Made by a program: the position numbers and the translations under genes
The notes under the pieces: model-generated
Seen by the model: the letters and a program-made list of their open reading frames with translations, nothing else
What the model was told of the DNA's origin: nothing
Database searches by the model: none
Shown: piece by piece, positions 1 to 12,343 of the stretch
Layout of the letters: each line of letters begins with the position of its first letter
Numbering within the stretch: the first letter of the stretch is position 1
NCBI RefSeq assembly: GCF_964204645.1
Contig: NC_134035.1
Location: forward strand, 11,812,451-11,876,450
Direction: 5' to 3'
Length of the DNA stretch: 64,000 nt
Origin: Tubulanus polymorphus
Taxonomy: Eukaryota > Animalia > Nemertea

Positions 1-1079
<1,079 letters not shown>

Positions 1080-1602
1080 CTCAGAACGAATTAATAATAA
1101 TATTGTTTTGAGTTTAAGAAGAGTAAAAGACGGTGTTTTCTTCTTTGATATCTAAACTTCGAGCCAACTGTAGCGGCTTTTGACAGACATCCCGGGTATT
1201 TTTTTGTGACATTAATAGACCAATTGTCCTATCAGTATCACGATTAATCATGAATAATTATCGCTATTCATTAGTTACGGGAAAGATGGACTTTTGACTT
1301 AGACTTGAATACATGGAAATTGATGATCCGCAATAATTTTCATCTTTAGTCCTCATTTTTAGCGGAAATTGTATTACCACGTAAAATTCAATGCAGGAAG
1401 ATAATCCTTCACCGCCAGATGACAATATTTAACCTCCAACCAATTCGAATACCGCGATTCACCGAAGCCCGCATAAAACACTGCGGTCTGAATGGTCATA
1501 TCCGAGGATGTTCGAAGAAGGAAGTAAATACGGGTGATATCGTATAAAAAAGCCCGTTACCGAGAGATATCCCTTATTTGACGGTGTATTAGTATCACTG
1601 TA

Positions 1603-2830
1603 ATGATGAGGTTGATAGTAGCAGCAGTTTTTGCGCTCGTTGTACTGACTGCATCATGCGGTTCAAGTAAAGGTAAGCGATTTTAAGTTTATCGCAACAC
1701 TAAGGATAGAGGTTTATTGAAATTCTTCTATTAATGTAGATGAAATCTAATATTTCAACTTATTCTTATTCCCTACCTCGTATTTACAGTGCAGAAAAGC
1801 TGCATTGAATCTCGTAGAGGGGGTCTGGAGGCAACTCGTCGAGGTATGATGGGCGCTTTCGTTCCGAAATGTGACGCAGATGGATCTTTTTCAGCCGTTC
1901 AGCGCAGGGGATCCGCGTGAGTATATTCTAATACTTTTCCACATCGGAATCAAAATTTTACAAGTTATTTTCTAGTAAGGACCAACGATTTTTCTATCAT
2001 CTACGAAAAATATCCCCATTATCTTTAAAATCATATTGACACTGACCGAATATGTGAGTCGGTCGAATTTCACTGTGTCTCACTTACTTTACATATTGAA
2101 TAAGATTTGTATACTTCACATATACCATTGACGCATTAATCGAATGCATTTTTTGTTTATTTACAGATATTTCTGTGTGAGTCGGGAAGGTGAAACGATT
2201 CCCGGATACGGCGCACCAATTCATTTACACGCTGGAATGAACTGCAGTAGGTATCGCTTGAATGCGTATTGAAACCCATAAACTCGAGGCTCGTAGCGTG
2301 AAGAATTTGTGGATGAGTTCGTTTTTAATTTGGTCGGAACTGAATTGGGTACATTTCAATAATTCAATGCTCAGATATGGCCGCTTATAAAGGGTTTTCG
2401 TTGCTATGGTTTGAATAAATGCAAATATCAAATATATACATTTATAGTACACGTATCATGTTGTCATACTACGTGTCAACTGTCGAGTTATGCGGAACTA
2501 CTTTTTTCCGGGGGTCCCTTCGAGCCGATGATACGGTCTTATAAAGGTGCACTCTGTGAAATCGATCTCATTTTATATTCATTGCCAGGATGTGCTCGGG
2601 ACCAATTCCAGTGGCGTAAGAAGAAACTGCTCGGTTTGACGTTTCGGTGTTTGAAGAATGGTAATTACGCGCCGGTCCAGTGTCGCGGATCCGTCTGCTA
2701 CTGCGTCGACCCCCGAGGACGCAAGTCGGAGATCGAAGTGAGCATCGGACACATCAGACAACTCGTCTGTCCGTACGCCGTTGAAGACGATGTTTACGAA
2801 GAGTTCGAAGAGGAATTTCCAATTTTCTAA
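1603..2830 (+). CDS. Secreted protein with two thyroglobulin type-1 domains (thyropin-like), about 172 aa, acidic C-tail
   Basis: Exons 1603-1672, 1790-1916, 2167-2246, 2589-2830, all GT-AG and phase-consistent. Signal peptide MMRLIVAAVFALVVLTASCG. TY motifs FVPKCDADGSFSAVQ...YFCV and RCLKNGNYAPVQCRGSVCYCVD. Confidence 0.88.
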
Positions 2831-3685
2831 GCATAGCGCGTATCTTGTATAAAATAAATAACGTAACATGTGTTTATTGCCATAAAAGTTATTTTGCCGA
2901 TAAAATATTATGCTGTTTCTCCCGCTTGTGCTAGGATAATGAGGACACTGTAAAACAAATACGAAATCGTGGATCGTGAAATGTATGTATGCGTTACTCG
3001 GATGTTTTAATTTAGAAATAATAACCTCGTAATTCTATGTACCTGTCATCGTAAAGCTTCTTAAAAATTATGCAAATGAAATAAAACAACCACAAACTTG
3101 TTTCGCTGTTTGGCGTAGACTTTCAAAACAAGATTAGCTATAGTCTCGTCGTTCCAAAATGATGTGCAGCATTGAGGATGAATATGTATCCGTCTTTGAA
3201 TGGTACAAGTTTCTTTCAAATATAATAAAAATTTCTGAATCTAATCGAATGTACCGTTATTTTTACGTTATGATATTATATTTGTTTGTTTGTTTGTTTG
3301 TTTTCCTGTTCTCATTCGACTGGGGCGTGCATTGCTTACTTTCAGCTACTGCCCACATTTCAATTTATACTACTAAAGATAGGCCTACTTTTTGAATAAA
3401 TTGTAACGACCACTCAGATGGATTGATGTTTATTTCTATCTAATTCTCTGATGATTATCTAATTCGTTCATTTATCGAATGATTCGGTTTTTTTTTAACC
3501 TAAAGCCGCCAATTTTTTCCGTGTGCCAAGGACAAATTAAAGACTATTGAATATTTTAAGTAACATCCTATCACCTCCGATAAGCTTACTGTTGACGTAA
3601 TTCTGTATGCCGTATATAATACAATAGACTATTTTTACCACTTCTGTCTATCACAAATCTATCACAAATCAGTAGTCTTAATTGA

Positions 3686-3891
3686 TGTCACGCAGTACTA
3701 GCGTGTATTATGTAACGTGTTATATTTCACCGATCACAGTTTCACGGGTGATCAACCATGTATATTATTGTGTATATAAACCTTTTTCCTGCAATAAAGT
3801 GGGGTTCAGTTTTTCGTTTGTACCTAGCTGTGTTGGAGTTATTTTTCTGCCTTTGGAGGATCTACAGTCCCAGGTCATTTTCCGTATGACA
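3686..3891 (+). repeat. 5' LTR of a BEL/Pao retrotransposon (about 206 bp)
   Basis: Bounded by TGTCA...TGACA. Contains TATATAAA (3773-3780) and AATAAA (3793-3798). Followed by a PBS-like TGGTCCCTCGAGCCG (3895-3909) just before the gag ATG. Confidence 0.7.
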
Positions 3892-3928
3892 TTTTGGTCC
3901 CTCGAGCCGAGGAAATAGAAACAGCAAG

Positions 3929-6205
3929 ATGGACGAAGAAGATAAGAAAAAATTATACAACACGAGGAAAGGACATCGGAGTCACCTAACGAAATTATTT
4001 ACGAGAGGAAGAGACGCGGTATCTCAGGAGCAAAGCGTGCAAGGTATGTCCGTCGTATCGATGATAAAGGAAAAAATTCAAATGATGACCGATTTAGATT
4101 CAAACTTATTAGAATTTTATTCGAAAGAAAAAGAAATTTGCGACTTTATCGCCGAGTCTGAAGATTATTTGTCGGAACGAAAAATTGATTTGTCAGTGTT
4201 GGAGCATTCCGTACAAGCTCTTACGATTAATGTTCCTTCAAACCGTGATTTTACAACTCGTCCGAAAAGATTAACGCTCGAAAAATTAAAATTGCCGACA
4301 TTCTCAGGAAACCTCCTAGAATGGAAGTCATTCTGGGACTTATTTTGCGCAACAGTTGACGAGCAGTCGGATCTCTCGGGTATCGAAAAATTTAGTCATT
4401 TGATTACTCATTTGACAGGAGAAGCCAAAGAATGTCTTGAGGGCCTCCCGTTAACCGATGTGAATTATTTCGTTGCAAAAAAGTTATTGTGCGACCGATT
4501 CGGGCAAGCTCATAAAATCGCTGAGGTCTATATGACATCCTTGTTGAGTTTACCGGCACCCCGCTATGATCTAAAATCGTTAAGGTCATTTTACGATAAG
4601 TTAGAGAAATACATCAGGAGTTTAGATTCGATAGGGAAGCCTACTTCAAATTATGGCGCCATGTTAGTTCCGGTTCTGCGAACGAAATTACCATATGAAG
4701 TAAATTTGAGTATTTCTAAAGAGCATGGCAATAAAGACTGGGACCTCGACTCGTTGCGTACGGCTATAAAGAATGAAGTGTTAACTCTCGAGGCGTGTAA
4801 CACTTTGAGTTGTTCGAATTCAACTCAAGCCAAAAGTTCAACCGTGACGTCGTTGATTTCGACCGTAGATCGCGTGAATTATAATAGACCGGTTAAACAA
4901 CAACTACACCGTCCCAACAATTCGAACCGCGGTAAATGCGCGTATTGTTATTCTTCAAATCATTACGCGAACCAGTGCGAGATCATAACTGACCCTGAAA
5001 TTCGCTTCAGTATGATCAGAAATGCGAATTTATGTTATAGTTGTTTAGGGAAACACCGTTCTCGAGATTGTGGTTCTCAACAGCGGTGTAAATCGTGCGG
5101 CGGCAAGCATCATTCGAGTTTGTGCAGTGCTTCTTTTTTCAGGCGATCTCAACCTAAGGGTGTGCGTGCACATTTGGTCAGTTGTGAGCGTAGCGTTGAT
5201 GGTACTGCGCCTACACCTCAGTTAGTACCCGCGGCTCGCAATCCCACACCACAACAGCAGTCAACAATGAGTTTAATAAATGAATCCAATTCTTACGCAA
5301 AGTCAGAAACGTCTATAGAAAATGTTAACATTTCAGTAGCCGTTAATACGGTTCAAACGATTCCAGTTCATTTAAAAACTGCTGTTGGTAGGGTAACGGG
5401 ACCCGAGGAACATACCTTCGCCAACATCCTTTTCGATGATGGATCGCAAAGATCATTTGTTACGGAAGAGTTAGCAAATCTTCTAAAATTACAGATTATC
5501 AAAAATGCAGATTTGAATTTGTGTACTTTTGGGGTAACTTCGACTACGAACAGGAAGGTCGATATTGTAGAGATTAACATAATATGTACAGATGGATCTA
5601 CTTTAAAAGTCGAAGCAATAGTTGTACCGGCCATAACAAAACCATTACTTGTGCCTTCTGATATTGAAACAATTAATGAATTTAAAGGTCTTCAATTTGC
5701 ACAACCCATACATTACGCTTCAGATCACATCGACATTTCTGTATTAATCGGAAGTGATTATTACTACAATTTTATTGAGACTGAAGGCACAATACGGTCG
5801 AGCGATGGTCCAGTAGCGGTTCCAACTAAACTCGGTTATGTTATAACTGGGCCGAGGAAAAATGGTAGTTCTAGTAATGTTAGCATGTTACATGTAGTAT
5901 CGGAGCCTGATTCTTATAATCTTGGCCGATTCTGGTCGTTAGATATTTTAGGTATCACGCCTCCAGTCGACGAAACTTCCAATTTTTTAGAGGAATATCT
6001 AAATAGTTCTATTTCTAAAGAAGGAGGTATCTATCAGGCAAAACTCCCGTGGAGAGTGGGTTATGGTCCTTTACCATCAAATTACTCGGTAGCATACGGC
6101 CGTACAAGATCACTCGCTCGGCGCCTGTTTCAATCTTCGTTGTTAGAGAGTTATGACTCGAGTTGGAAGACATCTTACCGTGTGAAGAATAAAACCGTCA
6201 AATAA
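3929..6205 (+). CDS. BEL/Pao Gag (DUF1759-like), three zinc knuckles and aspartic protease (DUF1758-like) polyprotein fragment
   Basis: KLKLPTFSGNLLEWKSFWDLF; CAYCYSSNHYANQC, CYSCLGKHRSRDC, CKSCGGKHHSSLC; ILFDDGSQRSF; ISVLIGSDYY; TKLGYVITG; YQAKLPWR. Confidence 0.9.
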   Translation: MDEEDKKKLYNTRKGHRSHLTKLFTRGRDAVSQEQSVQGMSVVSMIKEKIQMMTDLDSNLLEFYSKEKEICDFIAESEDYLSERKIDLSVLEHSVQALTINVPSNRDFTTRPKRLTLEKLKLPTFSGNLLEWKSFWDLFCATVDEQSDLSGIEKFSHLITHLTGEAKECLEGLPLTDVNYFVAKKLLCDRFGQAHKIAEVYMTSLLSLPAPRYDLKSLRSFYDKLEKYIRSLDSIGKPTSNYGAMLVPVLRTKLPYEVNLSISKEHGNKDWDLDSLRTAIKNEVLTLEACNTLSCSNSTQAKSSTVTSLISTVDRVNYNRPVKQQLHRPNNSNRGKCAYCYSSNHYANQCEIITDPEIRFSMIRNANLCYSCLGKHRSRDCGSQQRCKSCGGKHHSSLCSASFFRRSQPKGVRAHLVSCERSVDGTAPTPQLVPAARNPTPQQQSTMSLINESNSYAKSETSIENVNISVAVNTVQTIPVHLKTAVGRVTGPEEHTFANILFDDGSQRSFVTEELANLLKLQIIKNADLNLCTFGVTSTTNRKVDIVEINIICTDGSTLKVEAIVVPAITKPLLVPSDIETINEFKGLQFAQPIHYASDHIDISVLIGSDYYYNFIETEGTIRSSDGPVAVPTKLGYVITGPRKNGSSSNVSMLHVVSEPDSYNLGRFWSLDILGITPPVDETSNFLEEYLNSSISKEGGIYQAKLPWRVGYGPLPSNYSVAYGRTRSLARRLFQSSLLESYDSSWKTSYRVKNKTVK

Positions 6206-6834
6206 TTTTCAATTGAAACTAACAATTCGTATGTACGAATAAATCGTTAAATTCATTCGTATCGAGCCGACTAGACATCTTATCCAAGGTATCTTATATA
6301 TTTTGTTGCCTAAACTCTGATATTTCGTTGGGGTATGGATTTGATAGTTTGACAAAAATGTTTGATCAAATATGATAGTTTGATATGGATGAATCTGATA
6401 TTTCTTTCTGGTAGAATATGATAGTTTGATACGTATAGAATATGATAGTTTGTATGGTAAGATATGATATTTTGTCTGGTTGAGTGAGTAGTCTGCAAGG
6501 TGACGGTTGAATATGAACTTTCAGTTTATAGATATTAAGAACGAGGATTGTCAGGCACCAAATAATGCTTTGACAAGTTTGTATATTATGCAGTTTTTGC
6601 TATCTTTATTCGAGTTTTTTTTTTCATTGGAGGAAAGCCGTTTTTTCTCTATAGAGACTATGTTATACATGTATTTAAAAAACGTCAGTCTAGAACTGAA
6701 GGTTATTTGAATTGACAAACGGATGAAGAAGGCGTAAACTTGTGAATATGTGTGAATATCATATAGCCAAGAATATAGTTTCAATGATAAGTGATATATA
6801 TGTAATTGAGAGCAAAGTCTGATCGGTCGACGAA

Positions 6835-7785
6835 ATGGCTTTAACTTCCATTCTTCATAACGGCACCAACCCAACTAATTTATACACAGCCGTTGTGCTT
6901 GCAGCAACTACGATTAACGAGACCTATCTCTGGTTTTACCTCGTATTCGCCAGTCTTTGTTATATCCTCGGATTCACCGGTAATCTTCTTATAGTAATAG
7001 TAATGCTGCAACGTAAACTATGGCGACGTTCTTTCAGTCGTATGTTCGTTCAACTAGCCGTCTGCGACACTTTGGTTCTTTTCTACGCTTATTTCTGTAA
7101 ATACATCAACGTCATATCTTATACATTTCACGGAAAGAAATTACTGGTTAAACCTTCAACACGAATTCAGTGTATATTTTTTGAGTTTTTCCTATCATGT
7201 GGCCTTTCGACCAGTCCGTGGACGCTGGTCCTTATAGCAACTGAGCGAATGTGTGTGGTTTGTTTCCCGTTTAGAGGTCCTCGTTTCTGGAGCCCTAAAA
7301 CTGCTTCTAAACTTTGCATTTCCGTAGTGTGTTTCGTATCGCTGGGCTATAGCTTTATACTTCTAGCTATCGATGTTAGTGACAACGGTTGTATCGTTAC
7401 GAATGTACCCACATTCACCAAGCCTTTGCTAACGTCAATTCTTATCTCTATCGGCCCGTTTTTTTCGTTAGCCATCATGTCGTCAATCACTTCTATCACT
7501 TTATTCAGAAGAAAAGGCAACTCAGAAACAACCCGAGCATCGAAATACTCAAATCAGGTAACCATGTTAGTTCTGTTACTATGCATCTTCTTCATGGTTA
7601 CAACATTCCCGACATCTTTATTTAGCCCTTTTATCTGGACAAATTCAGAATTAAAAAACATCTTCGCCGTTTTCAACGATATTATGATGGTAAATTATTC
7701 GTCTAATCTCTACTTGTATCTGATGACGGGAAAAGAAATCAGAATCGAATTGCGGAATTTAATCTTCGAAAGGAAATCGTCTTGA
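6835..7785 (+). CDS. Intronless class A (rhodopsin-like) GPCR, invertebrate peptide-receptor/chemoreceptor-like, copy 1 (316 aa)
   Basis: Seven hydrophobic segments; GN in TM1, LAVCD in TM2, ERM at the DRY position, FP in TM6, NYSSNLYLY in TM7; N-glycosylation sequons in the short N-terminus. Confidence 0.92.
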   Translation: MALTSILHNGTNPTNLYTAVVLAATTINETYLWFYLVFASLCYILGFTGNLLIVIVMLQRKLWRRSFSRMFVQLAVCDTLVLFYAYFCKYINVISYTFHGKKLLVKPSTRIQCIFFEFFLSCGLSTSPWTLVLIATERMCVVCFPFRGPRFWSPKTASKLCISVVCFVSLGYSFILLAIDVSDNGCIVTNVPTFTKPLLTSILISIGPFFSLAIMSSITSITLFRRKGNSETTRASKYSNQVTMLVLLLCIFFMVTTFPTSLFSPFIWTNSELKNIFAVFNDIMMVNYSSNLYLYLMTGKEIRIELRNLIFERKSS

Positions 7786-8307
7786 CCAGCCACAAAATGT
7801 TGCCGTCCTTCGAATTTGACAATCGACTTATAAATCCAATTAGCAAACATGAAACCAGTCCAACTTTTAACCGTGCGGGGCATTAATTCCTAGATGTGCT
7901 GACGACAACGAAAAAGATTCCACTCGTCCATCGCTCTTAAACTTACTGTTAAACTTCTAGTTCTAATCAATGATAATTTATAGTATCGAAAGAGTGATTA
8001 ATAATCAGAAAATACCGGCATTCAGAAACGATCCGCATCGGAATTCCAGTCGACAGACTATTTGGGTGCAGCTGTATTAACGTAATATTATGAAAGGAAG
8101 ATCACATTCGTTCAATTTGCAAAAAAAAAGTTTTTTCGTAATATTGAAATTTTATACCTTGTTTATTACAAGCTCTCTACCAACACGATGCGTGTATCGT
8201 ATTTTACCTCGATTCCTTTCCATTGACAATTCGTTAATGTCGTCTGGGGATGAAACTACGATTGCAAATGAACCCTTTGATTATCCTTCAAAAACAGCGA
8301 TTCGTTT

Positions 8308-8440
8308 AATCGGTCAATCTGATTACCTCGCAACTACTGACCCTACTTTCAATCGGTCAATCTGATTACCATTACCATACTGACCCAATTTTCAACTGGT
8401 CAATCGGATTATCTTGCACATACTGACCCTATTTTCAACC
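8308..8440. repeat. Degenerate tandem repeat, about 42-bp unit, 3-4 copies
   Basis: Recurrent ttttcaa(t/c)cggtcaatctgattacc...tactgacc(c)t. Confidence 0.6.
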
Positions 8441-9791
8441 GTTTAAGTTTATTGAAATTAGGAGATATTAACAAACTGCAACTAGCTTCCTTAATTTACA
8501 ACTTCGTATGATCAAAACTTCCCACAGCCTTCTCCGATTACTGGAATTTCGGTCATCACATACACATTATCGAAACACCCGGACAATGGATAACTTACGA
8601 TAATACCACATTGCAAAACTAACTTTAGACGATACACACTCTAAATATTTCTGGACCTTTTCTGTGGCATTCCAAAATCGATTCGTAAATTCCCCAGTCT
8701 ACAAGGTATTTGAAAGAAAATATTTAAAATTCATCTAAGCTTCGTGATTATGTATAACCCACTTATACATTGATTTGTGATGTATCATTAATTCTATCTC
8801 TTTAGATTATTATTATGAACTTCCTTGTTGTATTTCAATGTTTGAATGAATGCCTTTAACTGCATATAATCTGAAAAAGTGCATCCTTATTACCCAGCGT
8901 TCCATATATGACCTCAATTAATTGTCAGAAAACTTGCAAGCTACATTCTGGCCATGGGTCATGCGCTTGACCTTTTGGGTCAAAGAGGTAATCTCAGTTT
9001 CATGGTGCGTCACCTAGTTATTTTTCTATCTAGAAAAGTATATTTCACATATCTTATTTGCAAATATTCTCTATTCCTATGTTATCCATTATAAAAGCGA
9101 TTATAAATGTATGTCCACTTTGATACTGTTTTCCCTGTGTTTTGATGTTAACATTTTATTGCATATCATTTCCTATGTAACTTGTATATTATATGGAGCA
9201 ATAAAATTAAAGTTCAAGTTATCTACCAACAAGGGTCATAGAACATAGGGCTTTTAGGCAGCACTGATACTCTTCAACACAGGTAATAACCCTTCAGCCC
9301 CACTATCAAAAGTTCTTGAATCTATGACCTGCTGATTGAGTCCATAATTGACTACATGGGTTCTTTAGGGTACTAATAATAATAGTGATAATAATAACAA
9401 GAGTATTCCATAATTATGGGATATACACTTTCGTTCCTAGATACCCCAACTATTTACTATGTTTTACTAAGTGGCTCGTCATTTCGTAGTATGCTCCAGC
9501 TAAGTGGTGATCTCGTAAAGGGTCCTCCGTACAACTGTATCTAATATTTTGCACTTCGCAGAATGAAGAACTAACGATACTTTGTAAATGATATTTTTTT
9601 CGAATTCTGAAAGCCGTTGTTTCACTATAGAGACTACTGCGGTGAAGACCTAAGTCCGAAACTGAAGGTCATTTGAATTGACGAACAGACGAAGAAGGCG
9701 TATACATTAACGTACATCATAAAGCCGCCGAGAATATAGTTACAATGATTAGTGATATGTAATTGAGAGTATAGTCTGATTGGTTGAGGAA

Positions 9792-10742
9792 ATGGCTTCA
9801 ACTTCCATTCCTCAGAACCGCACGAACCCTACTAATATATACACAGCCGTTGTACTGGCTGCAACTACGATTAACGAGACCTATCTCTGGTTTTACCTCG
9901 TATTCGCCAGTCTTTGTTATATCCTCGGATTCACCGGTAATCTTCTTATAGTAATAGTAATGCTGCAACGTAAATTATGGCGACGTTCTTTCAGTCGTAT
10001 GTTCGTTCAACTAGCCGTCTGCGACACTTTGGTTCTCTTCTGCGCTTATTTCAGTAAATACGTCAACGTTATATCTTATACATTTCACGGTAAGAAATTA
10101 CTGGTTAAACCTTCAACACGAATTCAATGTATATGTTTTGAGTTTTTTCTATCACTTGGCCTTTCGACTAGTCCGTGGACGTTGGTCATCATAGCTACCG
10201 AGCGAATGTGCGTGGTTTGTTTCCCGTTCAGAGGTCCTCGTTTCTGGAACCCTAATACTGCTTCAAAATTATGCATTTCCGTAGTGTGTTTCGTATCGCT
10301 GGGCTATAGCTATTTGTTTTTAGCTATCGATGTTAGTGACAACGGTTGTATCGTTACGAATGTACCCACATTCACCAAGCCTTTGCTAACGTCTATTCTT
10401 ATCTCTATCGGCCCGTTTTTTTCGTTAGCCATCATGTCGTCAATCACTTCTATCACTTTATACAGAAGAAAAGGCAACTCAGAAACAACCCGAGCATCGA
10501 AATACTCAAACCAGGTAACCATGTTAGTTCTGTTACTATGCATCTTCTTCATGGTTACAACATTCCCGACATTTATATTTAGCCCTTTTGTCTGGACAAA
10601 TTCAGAATTAAAAAACATCTTCGCCGTTTTCACCGATATTTTAATGATTAACTATTCGTCTAATCTCTACTTGTATCTGATGACAGGTAAAGAAATCAGA
10701 ATCGAATTGCGGAATTTGATCTTCGAAAAGAAACCGCCATGA
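9792..10742 (+). CDS. Intronless class A GPCR, copy 2 (316 aa), tandem paralog of 6835-7785
   Basis: True ATG at 9792 (MASTSIPQNRT), same length as copy 1, 26 amino-acid differences by hand count. Flanks also homologous. Confidence 0.92.
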   Translation: MASTSIPQNRTNPTNIYTAVVLAATTINETYLWFYLVFASLCYILGFTGNLLIVIVMLQRKLWRRSFSRMFVQLAVCDTLVLFCAYFSKYVNVISYTFHGKKLLVKPSTRIQCICFEFFLSLGLSTSPWTLVIIATERMCVVCFPFRGPRFWNPNTASKLCISVVCFVSLGYSYLFLAIDVSDNGCIVTNVPTFTKPLLTSILISIGPFFSLAIMSSITSITLYRRKGNSETTRASKYSNQVTMLVLLLCIFFMVTTFPTFIFSPFVWTNSELKNIFAVFTDILMINYSSNLYLYLMTGKEIRIELRNLIFEKKPP

Positions 10743-12343
10743 GCTAAAATGCTGCCGTCCCTGTAATATATACATGTTCGGCAGTGTTCATTTAACCTTT
10801 GTGCTGTATACACATCTCTCGAATGGATATGATTTATTTAATCAATTAGGAGATCTTTATCCGCATAACTAGACTATTAACTCTCCATCTTTCTTTCCCC
10901 GTGTCTAATTTATCCAATTAGGAAACATTAAAACTTACTTACAATCGTACGGAGAATTTAATCATAGATCTGCTGACGAAGACTATGAAAAAATTTCCTC
11001 TCGTTCATCGCCCTTGAACTATTAAACTTCAAGTGATAATTTAGTATCGAAAGAATGATAAGTAATCAGAAAATCGGTATTCAGAAATTACCGGCATCGG
11101 AATTTCAGTCAGCGCTACAGCATAAATCCATACTTATCCTGCCACACTCTATCCGGCGCCGGGAACGAAGAGGGTTAGATATTGAAATCGGAATCGAAGT
11201 GCATTATGTTCTATCCCATCAAAATCATCAAGTAAAACAAAATTTTGTTTCAAACGTTATAATCATATCAACGCTCAAGCTTTATCAAACACTCGCAGAT
11301 ATACTAATATTAGTTCTTACATAATACCGCCAATGTAATATATAGGGGCAGCACTTACCGCTTTAAGATTTGTCACCAATCTTCTTACTGCGGCACGCGA
11401 GTACACTGAATCGGATTTTCGACGCAGATTGTAAAGCCGATTCCGTGTTTTTATTGCGCTTATCGCGACCCCGACTCCCTTGCGTCCTTCATTTACTTCC
11501 GTGTTTCTGTCAATTTTTTTCCGATTTTCGGGTCGAATTTTCAATCGGGGAAGGAAATTAACCGAACTGAAGTAATTGGAACCAGCTCAACAGCAAAATT
11601 AATCAGATTTTAATCGACCACACAGCAGCAAAAACGACGACATTTAAACTCAGTTTAACTTAAAAGTAAAGAGAACAGCTGTAGCGTAGTAGATTATTGT
11701 AGACTTCTTCCTCATTCACTCCCGACACTCAGCTCAGTCTCAGGCCGGTTAACAAATTAATTCAGACTTACTACAGTACCAGAGAGTACACCTGTCCAAC
11801 TTGAACTAGGCCTAGAGGGCTGGCTAAAGGCAATTGAATATGGGCTTTGATACTGGAAAAATAATTGATAATCCACTAGCGATTAGAACAGCTACAAAGA
11901 CGTACTAAAACTTAAAGTCTATTTATTATCTATTGTCCACGATCTTTTTGGGATATTTCGCTTAATTTTCGATGTGCATACCTCAAATAGGTCTTAATCG
12001 AATCAGTAGAGTTGTGCAGTCCAGATAAATCATTTCCAAGATTTTTTGGAATGTTCGGGAATATTTCTCTTAATCTTTTGAACACATACCTCAAATTGGG
12101 CTTAATACGGCACAGCAATCCCGCTGATACATTCTGGCATTTCCGACAGAACGCTCATAAGCTGTCTTTGGGTACCCTTTTGATTATTTGATATGCCCTA
12201 TTTTGGGGTGCACCCCTCTCTGAATCAGACCCTAGATCCGCCCCTGGTTTAGCTAGTGGATTACCAATTAACTATTTCCGGTATCAAAACCCATATTGAA
12301 GAGCCTGTGTTAATACGTCCATTTTCTCTCAGCGACTGTCGCG

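Larger units (their letters stand above)
3686..6205 (+). mobile_element. BEL/Pao-family LTR retrotransposon, 3'-truncated (LTR-PBS-gag-protease; no RT, RNase H, integrase or 3' LTR)
   Basis: LTR and PBS followed by a 758-aa ORF with BEL/Pao Gag, three Cys/His knuckles and an aspartic protease. Similarity to the typical polyprotein stops near LLESYD (about 6155). Confidence 0.88.
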
